From positions 22,494 to 86,493 of the forward strand of contig DATJPV010000025.1 of NCBI GenBank assembly GCA_035506195.1: DNA of 64,000 bases, given 5' to 3'. The DNA is from Patescibacteria group bacterium. GTDB lineage: Bacteria; Omnitrophota; Gorgyraeia; Gygaellales; Profunditerraquicolaceae. Within the stretch, counting starts at the first letter, position 1; each line of letters opens with the position of its first letter. The translations under genes and the position numbers were made by a program. Below are positions 44,266 through 54,054 of the stretch, one piece after another. A model generated the notes under the pieces. That model did not search any database. It was not told the origin of the DNA and worked only from the letters and a program-made list of their open reading frames with translations.

Positions 44266-44692
44266 GAAGGCGTTTACTTTTCCAATGTCTGGCGACTATC
44301 AGCGTGATAACGTACAGGACCATTGCACAAAACAGCCCCAGCATGACGCTGCCTATTAACAGGGGATGATAGAACGCGCTTATCGTCGAAATTTTGAAGT
44401 TGCGTATATATTCCCAGGAGAGGGGCGGATAGTTTTTGTGCGGCAGGAGGAAACGGCCGATATCGTATGCCGTCCAGGTAATGGTTGCCACGGTCGGAGG
44501 CAAAGAGACATTGGTCCCCAGCAGTATTGCCAGTTTATTGGCTTTCGGTACCGCGACCGCCGCCATCACGCAAAGCGCGGTATGGAAACCGTACAGGGGA
44601 AGGATCGCGATGAAAGAGCCTATGGCCACGCCCAGGGCGATCTCATGCGGCGCGCTATGTGCTTTGAGAATCCTTATGAAAGCTGCGATCAT
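44255..44692 (-). CDS. DUF2062-domain membrane protein
   Basis: 145 aa with a conserved PHEIALGVAIGSFIAILPLYGFHT block and 3 TM helices. Confidence 0.6.
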   Translation of the reverse strand: MIAAFIRILKAHSAPHEIALGVAIGSFIAILPLYGFHTALCVMAAVAVPKANKLAILLGTNVSLPPTVATITWTAYDIGRFLLPHKNYPPLSWEYIRNFKISTISAFYHPLLIGSVMLGLFCAMVLYVITLIVARHWKSKRLHAK

Positions 44693-44748
44693 TATTGATA
44701 CCGTTGCCGCGCTCCGGGGCTAGAGGTCGCCTGGCTGGACGCGGGAGG

Positions 44749-45027
44749 TTATGCCGCGATCTTGTCGAATTCCTCGATGGTGACCGCGGGGAAACTGGTG
44801 AAAGAGATATGTGTCATCTTATGCAGGGCGATCGAAGCCTTCATTACTTCCGCGACTCCGGGGAAATCCGCGATAAGCACGACGTCGTATTTGCCCAGCA
44901 GCGCATACATCGAATTCACCTTGCCGCCGGCCTTGGCTACGAGGTCCATCGCCTTCCTGGTCCTGTCGGCCGAGATGCCTTCTATGGCCCCTTGCGAATA
45001 TTTTCCGTACATGAAAAATGTAGCCAT
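44749..45027 (-). CDS. GYD-domain protein
   Basis: 92 aa with a GKYD motif (LLGKYDVVLIADFP). Confidence 0.65.
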   Translation of the reverse strand: MATFFMYGKYSQGAIEGISADRTRKAMDLVAKAGGKVNSMYALLGKYDVVLIADFPGVAEVMKASIALHKMTHISFTSFPAVTIEEFDKIAA

Positions 45028-45055
45028 CCTGCCGCCTCCTCTCTTTTTGTGCTCC

Positions 45056-46129
45056 TTAAGCCCGGACTTCTACCAACTCGTAATCAAGGCTGCCCAACCC
45101 TATTTCCTGAGCGTACATAAGCTGTTTGACGCCGTCCTTGTCGGGATGGGCTGCCTTGAAAATATCCTTTTTGCAGTCCCTGGCCACCATGTCGAGGCTG
45201 GCCTTATCGATGCTGACAGGGTCAGAAGACGCCAATATCCCGACATCCGGCCCTATCCGCGGGTTCTCCAAATTCCAACAGTCGCATTCCCGGCTGATCT
45301 TGACCGCAAAATTCAAGAACCCTGCCTTACCCTTCTTATCCTTGAGCACTGCCAGGCTATACTCGGCTACCTTCTGCTGCACCTGGTCGGTCGCGCCGAA
45401 GTCGATGAACATCGCCATGGTCGGGCAGGCTGCCAGGCAGCTTGCGCAGCCGATACATTTTTTGCTGTCGACGACGGATTTCTTGTTTTTGATCGTGATC
45501 GCCTTTACCGGACAGACTATGGAGCATTCCGCGCAGCCGGTGCACCTGTCTACGTAGACGACGGGAGAAACATCGCAATGCTGCGCAAGCTTGCCTTCCC
45601 TGGTGGCGCAACCCATGCCGATGTTCTTCAGCGTGCCTCCGAAGCCGGTCAAAATATGCCCCTTGAAATGGCTGACCGCAACTAAACCGTCCGCATCGAT
45701 AAAGAGGCGGGCAAGCTTTGCCTTTTTGATGGCCTTTTGGTTGATCTCTACGTCGGTTATCTGGTCTTTTTGATTATCGTCGGGGATGACGACATCGGCA
45801 CCGGTGGCGGTTTTGGTAAAACCGTGTTCGTAGGCAAGCTGCAGGTGGTCTTGGGAGTTCAGGCGCCTGCCGCGGTACAGCGTGTTGGCGTCCGAGAGGA
45901 CCGGTTTGGCGCCCCGGGAGACGACCCCGTCGCAGACAACGCGCACATGCTCGGGCCTGACGAAGTTGCCGTTGCCTGCCTCGCCGAAATGGAGCTTTAT
46001 GGCGATGTTCGAGTCCTTGCGGATGAAATCAAGGACTTTGCTTTCCTGAAGGAGCTTGTTGAGCCGGTTGTTGACGGTCCAGATATCGCTTGCATCCTTT
46101 ACCTCTATAAAATATACCTTGCTTTTCAT
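45056..46129 (-). CDS. DUF362-domain protein with two embedded 4Fe-4S ferredoxin motifs
   Basis: CTGCAECSIVCP and CIGCASCLAACP (2 x CxxCxxCxxxCP) lie inside a DUF362-like scaffold. Confidence 0.55.
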   Translation of the reverse strand: MKSKVYFIEVKDASDIWTVNNRLNKLLQESKVLDFIRKDSNIAIKLHFGEAGNGNFVRPEHVRVVCDGVVSRGAKPVLSDANTLYRGRRLNSQDHLQLAYEHGFTKTATGADVVIPDDNQKDQITDVEINQKAIKKAKLARLFIDADGLVAVSHFKGHILTGFGGTLKNIGMGCATREGKLAQHCDVSPVVYVDRCTGCAECSIVCPVKAITIKNKKSVVDSKKCIGCASCLAACPTMAMFIDFGATDQVQQKVAEYSLAVLKDKKGKAGFLNFAVKISRECDCWNLENPRIGPDVGILASSDPVSIDKASLDMVARDCKKDIFKAAHPDKDGVKQLMYAQEIGLGSLDYELVEVRA

Positions 46130-46202
46130 ATAACCCTCCGCAACGTGATCATATTATTGTAATGCTTTGCAAGGGGCAAGTCAAGACGAAACAAAGGGCC
46201 GG

Positions 46203-48185
46203 CTAGACCCGGATAGGCAGGATGACGAAGGGGATGCCTTGCCGGTATAATAACTTCTGCAAGGCGAATACCGTGTAGTTATGGAACAGGGGCGACAAAA
46301 GCGATTCTTTTTCAAAAACGAGCTGGCCTCCGAAAAAAACGGAATTCGAAAAACGCCGCATGATCTCGGGAGTGATCGCGACCACCCCGTCAACCACGTC
46401 TACTCCGAGCGCAGAGACTCCTTCGGCATAATACCCCTGCCGCTGCATAAAGCTTACGTAATGGCCCAGGTCCCGCTGCACGTGGCTCTTCAGGTTCTCG
46501 ATCTCCTCTGCCCCCTTAAAATTACCGGCATCGATCATGCCTATTTCCAGAAAGACGAAATTCTTGAAGGAGCCTCCGAACAGCCTTATAACGCCGAAAA
46601 GCGTATGCAGCCCCATTCCGTTAAAGCCGCTTACCAGCAGCACGGCGGTCTTCCCTTTGGGGTCGAACTCCGCGGGCTTCTGCGGCCCCTTAAAGGCGGT
46701 CTCCTGGGACTCCGTAGTTTTGACGAGGCCGCCCAGCCGGCGTAATTGTTTTGCGATCTTGTAGTAGTGCCGCTTGGTCAGGATAGCCAGGACGACCAGT
46801 GTCGCGGTGATGAAGAGCGTGATCCAGCCGCCTTCGTGGAATTTCATGACCACCATCGAAATGAGTATGAAAGAGCTTAAAAGCAGCCCCACCCCGTTGA
46901 TGCATATCTTCCTGGCCCATTTTTTTATTTTACCCCGGGACTCCCACCAATGGCGTACCATGCCGGCCTGAGACAACACGAACGTAATGAACACGTTGAT
47001 ACTGTAGAGGACGACGAGAAACCGTACCGAGGCGCGGCTTAAGATCATCAACAGCGCCGACAGGCCTCCCATGATCAATATCCCCTTCTGGATCACCAGC
47101 CTGTCGCTTAAGCTGGAAAATCCGACCGGGAACCACCGGTCTACCGCCATGTTCGCCAACACCCTCGGCCCGTCAAGGAATCCGGTCTGCGCAGCCACAA
47201 AAAGAAGCGTCGCTTCCGAAATGAGCGTCACCAGGATGAAGGCGGAGCCGAACTTTCCCCAGCCCTGCGCCACCTGTTCAAGGAGGGTCGCGTTGAGCGT
47301 CTTTCCCGGCTGCGCGCCTACCGCATAGAATATGTAGGCGACCATCAGGCCCATGACGACAAAAGACAGAGAAACGGCCATATAACGCATGGTGCGCTTG
47401 GCTGTCTCTACCTTCGGCTCCCTCAACACCGGGATACCGTTACTGACAGCCTCCAGGCCCGTATAGGTCCCGGCGCCCATACTGTAAGAACGCAGCAACA
47501 GGAAGAGCATACCGACGACGCCAACCTGAGAGACGGTCCCCCGTATATCGGCTTTCGTCGCGGCGGCTATGTCCGGCAAACTGGGTATGTGCCCGAAAAA
47601 AGCGAAACAGATTACAAGGAAGTGCGTCAGCAGAAAAATGAGGAAGATCGGCACCAAGGGCAGCACCGACTCCCTGACGCCTCTCATGTTCAATACGATG
47701 AGGACCAGCACCACCAGCACGGCAAACGCAAGCCGGTAAGGATACCAGTGCGCGGGGAGGAAGCTGAATATGGCGTCTGCGCCGCTGGCAATAGAAACGG
47801 TAATGGTCAATACGTAATCAATGAGCAGCGCGCAACCCGATATCATCCCCACGGTAGGCGACAGCAATTTGCTGGCAACAAGATAGCCTCCTCCTCCGTG
47901 CGGGAAAAGCTCGACGATCTGCGAATAGCTGGCGCTGATGATAAAAATCGTAATGACGGCGCCCAGCGCGACAAAGAGGCTTAAGTAAATATGGGTGCCC
48001 AAGGCCAGAAAGGCCTCTTGAGGGCCGTAGCAGGAAGAGGACAGGCCGTCGGAACCCAGGCCGATCCAGGCAAAAAATGCTATCAGGGACAACTTATGGA
48101 AGATGTGCTTGTCTGCCGGATCGCGGGGCTTGCCGATGACCAGGCCTTTGAACCGCCGGGATAAGGAAGGGCCTCTACTCTTCAT
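46203..48185 (-). CDS. APC-superfamily amino acid/polyamine permease with extended C-terminal domain
   Basis: ORF to 48236; the start is more likely MKSRGP at 48185. 12 TM helices followed by a ~200-aa soluble C-terminal region. Confidence 0.65.
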   Translation of the reverse strand: MKSRGPSLSRRFKGLVIGKPRDPADKHIFHKLSLIAFFAWIGLGSDGLSSSCYGPQEAFLALGTHIYLSLFVALGAVITIFIISASYSQIVELFPHGGGGYLVASKLLSPTVGMISGCALLIDYVLTITVSIASGADAIFSFLPAHWYPYRLAFAVLVVLVLIVLNMRGVRESVLPLVPIFLIFLLTHFLVICFAFFGHIPSLPDIAAATKADIRGTVSQVGVVGMLFLLLRSYSMGAGTYTGLEAVSNGIPVLREPKVETAKRTMRYMAVSLSFVVMGLMVAYIFYAVGAQPGKTLNATLLEQVAQGWGKFGSAFILVTLISEATLLFVAAQTGFLDGPRVLANMAVDRWFPVGFSSLSDRLVIQKGILIMGGLSALLMILSRASVRFLVVLYSINVFITFVLSQAGMVRHWWESRGKIKKWARKICINGVGLLLSSFILISMVVMKFHEGGWITLFITATLVVLAILTKRHYYKIAKQLRRLGGLVKTTESQETAFKGPQKPAEFDPKGKTAVLLVSGFNGMGLHTLFGVIRLFGGSFKNFVFLEIGMIDAGNFKGAEEIENLKSHVQRDLGHYVSFMQRQGYYAEGVSALGVDVVDGVVAITPEIMRRFSNSVFFGGQLVFEKESLLSPLFHNYTVFALQKLLYRQGIPFVILPIRV

Positions 48186-48582
48186 TAGTCGAGGCCAGAT
48201 TGACGTTCTTGATCCCCAGCTCGTTGAGCGCATCAAGCGCTTCGACTATGTCTTTGAACCTGACGAACTTGTCGGCGCGCAGGATGATGATGAGCGCGGG
48301 GTTATCTCTGTACAGCAGGCGTATCTTGTGTTTCATCTCTTTTCTGGTAACGACTGCGTTGTCCAGATACATGACGCCTTCATTGGTTATGGTGATGGAG
48401 GCCTGAACCACGTCTTCGATGGGCTTAGCGCTCCTTGTTTCGGGAAGGCTGACCCTGATACTGGATTGGAATATCAGGGGCGTGGCGATCATGAATATGG
48501 TCAAAAGCACCAGGATCACGTCGGTAAAAGGCGTTATGTTTATTTCCGCCATTACCCGCTGTTTTCTGTCTCTTCTGTTCAT
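48175..48582 (-). CDS. exbD: ExbD/TolR biopolymer transport protein
   Basis: 135 aa with one N-terminal TM helix (INITPFTDVILVLLTIFMI) and a periplasmic domain. Confidence 0.8.
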   Translation of the reverse strand: MNRRDRKQRVMAEINITPFTDVILVLLTIFMIATPLIFQSSIRVSLPETRSAKPIEDVVQASITITNEGVMYLDNAVVTRKEMKHKIRLLYRDNPALIIILRADKFVRFKDIVEALDALNELGIKNVNLASTNEE

Positions 48583-49208
48583 TTTTGTTTACTCGTTAAG
48601 AGGTCGTTCACCTCGGAGGCGCACAGCTCCATATCGGTGACAAAGTTGTCTATCTTTTTGACGAAGTAGTTATACGCAATGACCGCGGGAACGGCCACAA
48701 GCAGGCCTGCCGCGGTGCAGATCAGGGCTTCGGATATGCCGCTGATAACGATATTGATCCCGGCGGCCCGGTTTACCGAAATATCGCGGAAGGCCCGGAT
48801 GATGCCCAGTACCGTGCCGAAGAGCCCGACGTAGACGGCAGTGCTGCCGATGGTGCCGACGATGCTGGTATACCGCTCAAGCTTGGTGGTCTCGATGGCG
48901 ATTGCCCGCTCCATGGCGTTGGAGATCGCTTTTTCATTCTGGCCGGAATGGATGATCCCCGCAGAAGCCACCGAGGCAAAAGGCGCATCGGTATTCTGGC
49001 ATATCTCGGAGGCCTTTTTGGTATTGCCTTTTTCCAGCTCCTTCTTCAGCTCCTCCAGGAATTCCGCTCTTTTTGCCTTTGCTTTCTTGCGGTAATAAAT
49101 AAACCGCTCCAGAAAAATGGTAAACGAAAAGATCGAACAGATCAAAAGGATATACATAGTAAACCCGCCGGCCTGAACCATCTGCCAAAGCGTTCTTTCG
49201 CTAAGCAT
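48579..49208 (-). CDS. exbB: MotA/TolQ/ExbB proton-channel protein
   Basis: 209 aa, 3 TM helices, with a conserved ExbB C-terminal region (TAVYVGLFGTVLGIIRAF). Confidence 0.8.
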   Translation of the reverse strand: MLSERTLWQMVQAGGFTMYILLICSIFSFTIFLERFIYYRKKAKAKRAEFLEELKKELEKGNTKKASEICQNTDAPFASVASAGIIHSGQNEKAISNAMERAIAIETTKLERYTSIVGTIGSTAVYVGLFGTVLGIIRAFRDISVNRAAGINIVISGISEALICTAAGLLVAVPAVIAYNYFVKKIDNFVTDMELCASEVNDLLTSKQK

Positions 49209-49788
49209 CTTGCGCCTCCCTCTTAGAAAAGGTCCGTGTCAACTTGAAAGCCGCAACGCACAACAACAGAAAACCGATGACCAGCACCGTAGGCTTTGTG
49301 TACTTTACGATGGTAGTCCCGAACATGGCTAACAGATAGATCCTCGGCACAACCCCGATCAGCGTGCAGACGACAAAGGGGACCAGGGGCAGATTGGTGA
49401 TGCCGGCGGCAATGGAAAATACCTTAAAAGGTATGATGGGTAATATCCTGCCGATAAGCACGCCCCAGACGCCGTGTTTCCTGGCAAACGCCTCTGCCTT
49501 GTAAATATGGTGGGGTTTTATCAGTATGAACTTGCCGAACTTCAATATCACCGGCAGCGCCGCATACCTGCCCAGAAAGTAGCCGGCGAGGCCGCCGAGG
49601 GTCGAGCCCAGCGCGCCGAATACGACGATCGAAGCCAAAGGTATGCCGATCGCGCCCGCGCCGACGACGATCACCTCCGAAGGCAAAGGGATGATACTTG
49701 ACTCAAGGAACATGGCCAGGAACACCCCGAAGTCGCCGAACCGCTTAATCGTTTCTATCGCGTCGCTCTGCAGGACCTGTTCAAACAT
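49201..49788 (-). CDS. DedA/SNARE-associated (TVP38) family membrane protein
   Basis: ORF to 49884; the likely start is MFEQVLQ at 49788. DedA motif FLESSIIPLPSE...GALGSTLGGLAGYFLGRY. Confidence 0.75.
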   Translation of the reverse strand: MFEQVLQSDAIETIKRFGDFGVFLAMFLESSIIPLPSEVIVVGAGAIGIPLASIVVFGALGSTLGGLAGYFLGRYAALPVILKFGKFILIKPHHIYKAEAFARKHGVWGVLIGRILPIIPFKVFSIAAGITNLPLVPFVVCTLIGVVPRIYLLAMFGTTIVKYTKPTVLVIGFLLLCVAAFKLTRTFSKREAQDA

Positions 49789-50296
49789 CGGTTTTTGTTG
49801 TCCTCCCCAGGATCGAGCCGATCGCCGCACAGACGGCTCCGGCCGACCTTTCCACTTCCGGAGAAAAACGGCTCCCGAAGGCAAGCGTCTTGGGCTGGAT
49901 GCCGATAATGGTTATCGCGCACCCGATGGATTTAACCAGGTAATCGGCCAATATATTAAGAGGCAGGCTGTGCGTACAGGAAGAAAACCCGTCGATCCGG
50001 TCGGCAGGTATCAGCTTAACCGCGCCCGCCTCTGCGTTCATGTCGGCGGCATCGATGATGATCAACTGGCCCGGCTTGAATTTTTTGATCTGGCCGGTAA
50101 CATTTTCCGGGGCGGTAGCTCCGATAAAGACCTTGAATTTCTGCCGGCCCCTGCTACCGCGGAAATCCGCGGCCAGCCTCTTGGCGACCAGGATCCCGGC
50201 GGCATCGTCCCCGCGCAGCTCGGAACCGACTCCCAAGAGCGCGATCCTCTGCGCCCGGCTAAGCTGTTTCTTTAGGCTTGTCTTCAGGCTTTCCAC
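49781..50296 (-). CDS. hycI: [NiFe]-hydrogenase maturation endopeptidase (HycI/HybD family)
   Basis: ALLGVGSELRGDDAAG and IIDAAD motifs. 171 aa. It overlaps the ferredoxin-subunit gene by 38 nt, so the real start may be a non-ATG codon downstream. Confidence 0.75.
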   Translation of the reverse strand: MESLKTSLKKQLSRAQRIALLGVGSELRGDDAAGILVAKRLAADFRGSRGRQKFKVFIGATAPENVTGQIKKFKPGQLIIIDAADMNAEAGAVKLIPADRIDGFSSCTHSLPLNILADYLVKSIGCAITIIGIQPKTLAFGSRFSPEVERSAGAVCAAIGSILGRTTKTDV

Positions 50297-50639
50297 CGAA
50301 AACCACCTTCAATTGAGTCACATCCGTTTGCGCCAGCTCTACATCCTTAGTAAGCTCAAGGGCCTTCTTGAGGCAGGAGTCCACGCACTGGCCGCAATAG
50401 ATGCACCTTCCCAGGTGTATGACCGCTTCGAACTGCTTTGGGGCCGTTTCGTTGATGGTTATCGCGCCTGCAGGGCAATCCCGCATGCACAGCTTGCAGC
50501 CGATGCATTTCTGCGGGTCGAATACGAGCTTGCCCCTGATCTTTCCCGGCATCTCCAGCTTCTCATAAGGATACATATTCGTCGCCGGTTTCTTAAAAAG
50601 GGAATGCAGCACCTGACTGAGCATCCTGCCGGGGTTCAT
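50259..50639 (-). CDS. energy-converting hydrogenase 2x[4Fe-4S] ferredoxin subunit (NuoI/EchF/MbhN-like)
   Basis: Two CxxCxxCxxxCP motifs (CIGCKLCMRDCP and CIYCGQCVDSC). Confidence 0.8.
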   Translation of the reverse strand: MNPGRMLSQVLHSLFKKPATNMYPYEKLEMPGKIRGKLVFDPQKCIGCKLCMRDCPAGAITINETAPKQFEAVIHLGRCIYCGQCVDSCLKKALELTKDVELAQTDVTQLKVVFGGKPEDKPKETA

Positions 50640-51577
50640 CGCAATACTATCCCTTTCGCAAACAGGTTTATGAGAAGTTGCAGCAGTGCCAGCGGCACCA
50701 TGTATTTCCAGCAGAACCTGATCATCTGGTCGATGCGCAGGCGCGCAAATATCGTACGCAGCAGAGAAATGAGGCTAATGATGAAGAATACTTCCGCGAT
50801 GAAAATGACGAACCTGGCAAGCGGGCCCAGGCCCAAGCCGACCGGCATGAATACCGCCGCCAGCAGAGCAGCCCCGGCGACCATTTCGATGCAGAGCGTC
50901 AATCTGAAGAAGGCCAGGAACCTTCCGCTGTATTCCGTAAAGACGCCGGCAACGACCTCGGTTTCTGCCTCGGGTATATCGAAAGGCACCTTTTCCAACT
51001 TTCCCATAAGCGAGATCAACGAAACCGCAAAACCGATGATATTGAGCAGCCAGAAGAACGGCCTGTTGTTATAAAAAACCGTGATCCCGTACAGCGACCA
51101 GGTATCTGCCAGAAGCGCCGAAGACAGGATCCCCATGAACAGGGGGATCTCGTAAGCGAATAGCTGGGTTATCGCGCGCACGGAGCCGATCCTGGCGAAC
51201 AGCGACGTGGAATACCACCCTCCGATGAAGAACGTCATGGTAGGCAAGGTCAACAGGTACAGCACCACGATGATATCGCCGTTAAAAGAAAACAGCGCCT
51301 CGGTGTTCCAGAGCGGGATATACAAAAAAGCGGTTGCGGCGGAAGCCAGGGCGAATACCGGGGCAAGACAGAACATCGTTGCGTTGGCGTCTTTAGGGAT
51401 AACCTCTTCCTTAGCCAGCAGCTTGATAAAGTCCGCCAGGGGCTGGAACCAGGGAGGGCCGACCCTGTTCTGCAGGCGCGCATGCAATTTTCTGTCGAAA
51501 AAATCCGCAACAAGGCTGAGCGCGCTTACGAAAAGGAAACCCGGAAAGATCAGGATCGAGAATAGCGACTTTACCAT
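50636..51577 (-). CDS. energy-converting hydrogenase membrane subunit (NuoH/EchB/MbhM-like)
   Basis: 313 aa, 8 TM helices, NuoH-family conserved loop (RLQNRVGPPWFQPLADFIKL). Confidence 0.8.
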   Translation of the reverse strand: MVKSLFSILIFPGFLFVSALSLVADFFDRKLHARLQNRVGPPWFQPLADFIKLLAKEEVIPKDANATMFCLAPVFALASAATAFLYIPLWNTEALFSFNGDIIVVLYLLTLPTMTFFIGGWYSTSLFARIGSVRAITQLFAYEIPLFMGILSSALLADTWSLYGITVFYNNRPFFWLLNIIGFAVSLISLMGKLEKVPFDIPEAETEVVAGVFTEYSGRFLAFFRLTLCIEMVAGAALLAAVFMPVGLGLGPLARFVIFIAEVFFIISLISLLRTIFARLRIDQMIRFCWKYMVPLALLQLLINLFAKGIVLR

Positions 51578-51578
51578 C

Positions 51579-52811
51579 TTATCCTATCGCCTTGGACAAC
51601 TTCTTATTCAACGCCGTAAAATCCGTTCCGCGGCTGCGGTGCCACTCTATACTATACTCATGCAGGGCCTGCCAAGTCAAGACCTGATGTGCGTCGTTAT
51701 CCAGCTGTTGTACGGATACCAGCCTGTCGGTACAGGAAAAACAGGGGTCTATCGCAGCGATGACGATGGGCATATCCGCCAGGTACCTGTCCTTAAGCAT
51801 GTGCTTGACCGCCTGCACATTGGCCAGGGTGGGTGCTCTGACCTTGACCCTTTCCGGCTTCTCCGTACCGTTGGATTTTACATAATGCATGTCTTCCCCC
51901 CGGGGGGCCTCATAACGGCTTACCGCCTCTCCGGCGGGGATCTTGCGCGGCGCCTTAACGGCAATGGGGCCGTCAGGCATGTTCTTAAGGCACTGACGGA
52001 CTATCTTATAGGCTTCCATCAGCTCTTTTACCCTCACTACCGTACGGCCATACACGTCGCTGTTGCTGTCCGTGATGACGTCGAAAGCCATCTCCGGGTA
52101 TGCGGCATAGGGGTCATCGCGCCTGGTGTCGCGGTCCACGTCGGAGGCGCGCGCAGTCGGGCCCACCGCGTCCAGCTTCAAGGCGTCCGGGTAATACAGC
52201 TTTCCTACTCCGGAGAGCCTTTTGATGATGCTAGTCTCCTGCGTGGCGACCTCGATATAATACTTGGTCCTCTCTTCGAGGATATCCATCCCCTTCAATA
52301 CCTCTGCGGCCTGTTCTGCGGTGATGTCGCGCCTTACTCCGCCGATGGTATTCATGCCGTAATTAACACGGTTACCCGTCAAAAGCGCCAAGAGGTCCAT
52401 AACGACCTCCCGGTCGCGCCACGTATACATAAGCAGGGTATCGAAGCCTATCTCATGGCCGGCCACGCCCAGCCAGAGCAGGTGGCTGTGCACGCGCTCC
52501 AATTCTGCGATCAGGGTGCGGATGTACAGCGCCCGCTTGGGCACTGCCAGGCCCGCGATCTCTTCGACCGCCTGCACAAAACAGGTAGAATGCGAATGCG
52601 AACAGATGCCGCAGACGCGTTCGATAAGATAGACATCCTGGGTGTAGGTTCTGTCTTCGCAGGCCTTCTCCACTCCGCGGTGGTTATAACCCAAGCGTAT
52701 CTCAACACCCAGAATCTTTTCCCCGCGCAGGGCTACGCTGAAGCTCTCCGGCTCTTTTAAGGCGGGGTGCTGCGGCCCCATGGGTATCTTGAATTTATCG
52801 GAATCATGCAT
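51579..52811 (-). CDS. group-4 [NiFe]-hydrogenase large subunit (NuoD/EchE/MbhL-like)
   Basis: N-terminal Ni-binding RVCGICSHSH and C-terminal DPCFSCTDR motifs are both present, followed by a ~43-aa C-terminal extension. ORF to 52916; the likely start is MHDSDKF at 52811. Confidence 0.85.
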   Translation of the reverse strand: MHDSDKFKIPMGPQHPALKEPESFSVALRGEKILGVEIRLGYNHRGVEKACEDRTYTQDVYLIERVCGICSHSHSTCFVQAVEEIAGLAVPKRALYIRTLIAELERVHSHLLWLGVAGHEIGFDTLLMYTWRDREVVMDLLALLTGNRVNYGMNTIGGVRRDITAEQAAEVLKGMDILEERTKYYIEVATQETSIIKRLSGVGKLYYPDALKLDAVGPTARASDVDRDTRRDDPYAAYPEMAFDVITDSNSDVYGRTVVRVKELMEAYKIVRQCLKNMPDGPIAVKAPRKIPAGEAVSRYEAPRGEDMHYVKSNGTEKPERVKVRAPTLANVQAVKHMLKDRYLADMPIVIAAIDPCFSCTDRLVSVQQLDNDAHQVLTWQALHEYSIEWHRSRGTDFTALNKKLSKAIG

Positions 52812-53259
52812 CGGAATGTCCTCCCTTCCAATCTTTGCGCAAAGGAAACTCCCCCGCCGGCCAGTCGTCGGTGAGAGGATAGCGGTTACCCGCAGGCAGC
52901 CCTTCCACCTTGGCACCGAACAGGTCCACCAGCTCTCTTTCGTAAATCTCCGCGCCGGGGAAATAGCTCATCACGGTTTTTATCACCGGGTTATCCTTGG
53001 GGGCGCTTGTCTTTATGTTCAACATGACCCCCTTTTGCGCCAGGTGATACAGGAAACTTAAATTATCCTGCTCATCGAGCCCGGTTATCGAGATCAAATG
53101 GGAGAATTTTAACTTTTGCACCGCATAGGCGAATACCTCTTCGAAATGCGCCAGGTCTACGTCCAGGAACAGGCGCCTTGGCCTGGCCAGCCGGACCTTG
53201 TTTTCCAGGTAACCGAAATTCTTGACGAGTTCCTGCACTATGTTTTCTTCTGTGGACAT
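52804..53259 (-). CDS. hydrogenase NuoC/30-kDa-subunit-like protein (EchD/MbhK-like)
   Basis: 151 aa, NADH dehydrogenase 30-kDa family-like (ERELVDLFG). Confidence 0.7.
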   Translation of the reverse strand: MSTEENIVQELVKNFGYLENKVRLARPRRLFLDVDLAHFEEVFAYAVQKLKFSHLISITGLDEQDNLSFLYHLAQKGVMLNIKTSAPKDNPVIKTVMSYFPGAEIYERELVDLFGAKVEGLPAGNRYPLTDDWPAGEFPLRKDWKGGHSDA

Positions 53260-53705
53260 TTTTTTCCTCCTCCTGCCGCCTCAAGGCTCGCCAGAAGCTT
53301 TACCGCGCCGTCGATTATCGCCTTGGGACTGGCAGGGCATCCGGGTATATACGCCGATACGGGGATGACCGCATTGATCCCTCCCCGTATATTGTAACAG
53401 CCGTTGAACACCCCGCCCGTGCACGCACAGGTGCCGACGGCAATAACGAACCGCGGCTCCGCCATCTGTTCGTATATCCTCTTGAGCCGGCATTCGATCT
53501 GCCGGGTAACCGGCCCGGAACAGACCAGTATATCCGCATGCCGGGGTGTGCCCTTGAGCTGCACGCCGAACCGCTCCAGGTCATAGCGGGGAGTAAGGGC
53601 AGCGATGATCTCGATATCGCAGGCATTGCATGCGCCGGTATTGAAATGCAGGATCCAGGGTGATTTTATTCTTGACCAGTTTACGATTCTAGTGATTACG
53701 CCCAT
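53238..53705 (-). CDS. group-4 [NiFe]-hydrogenase small subunit (NuoB/EchC/MbhJ-like)
   Basis: Proximal-cluster cysteines (GACNACDIE, GTCACTGG, IPGCPA). Confidence 0.85.
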   Translation of the reverse strand: MGVITRIVNWSRIKSPWILHFNTGACNACDIEIIAALTPRYDLERFGVQLKGTPRHADILVCSGPVTRQIECRLKRIYEQMAEPRFVIAVGTCACTGGVFNGCYNIRGGINAVIPVSAYIPGCPASPKAIIDGAVKLLASLEAAGGGKKCPQKKT

Positions 53706-53711
53706 ACAAAG

Positions 53712-54044
53712 TTAACTCCTCAATAAGACATGCAGGCCGATGACCGCGCCGATGATATACAGGATCGCCAGGATAAACGTCTGGCTGGTTTGCACGGGAA
53801 CGGTATTCATGATCAGGGTGGCAACGTGCGCTATGGTAAAGAAAAAAGCAAAAGGGAAAAACGTGCTGTAGTCAGGCTGCGCCATATGGTCATAGTTGTC
53901 TTCCCCGCAGGCGTAGGACTTGCCTTCTCCCTCGGTATGCTTGCCGGGACGAAAGGAAAGCTTGGCGCACAGGCGCGAAAACAAAAAAGATGCCAGGAGT
54001 ATGATGATAAACGCCACCGGCGGGGAAAGCAGCCAATTCTCCAT
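53712..54044 (-). CDS. NuoA-like small membrane subunit
   Basis: 110 aa, 3 TM helices, with a YACGE motif similar to the NuoA YECGF. Confidence 0.55.
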   Translation of the reverse strand: MENWLLSPPVAFIIILLASFLFSRLCAKLSFRPGKHTEGEGKSYACGEDNYDHMAQPDYSTFFPFAFFFTIAHVATLIMNTVPVQTSQTFILAILYIIGAVIGLHVLLRS

Positions 54045-54054
54045 ATTCTTTCTT

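Noticed and set aside
44762-45685. 307-aa plus-strand ORF
   Set aside because: It is antisense to the GYD and DUF362-ferredoxin genes, which have clear motifs (GKYD and 2 x CxxCxxCxxxCP).
51207-52760. 517-aa plus-strand ORF
   Set aside because: It lies entirely antisense to the hydrogenase large-subunit and NuoH-like genes, which carry unmistakable conserved motifs. It has no recognisable domain, no promoter or RBS and an Arg/Gly/His-rich composition typical of high-GC antisense frames.
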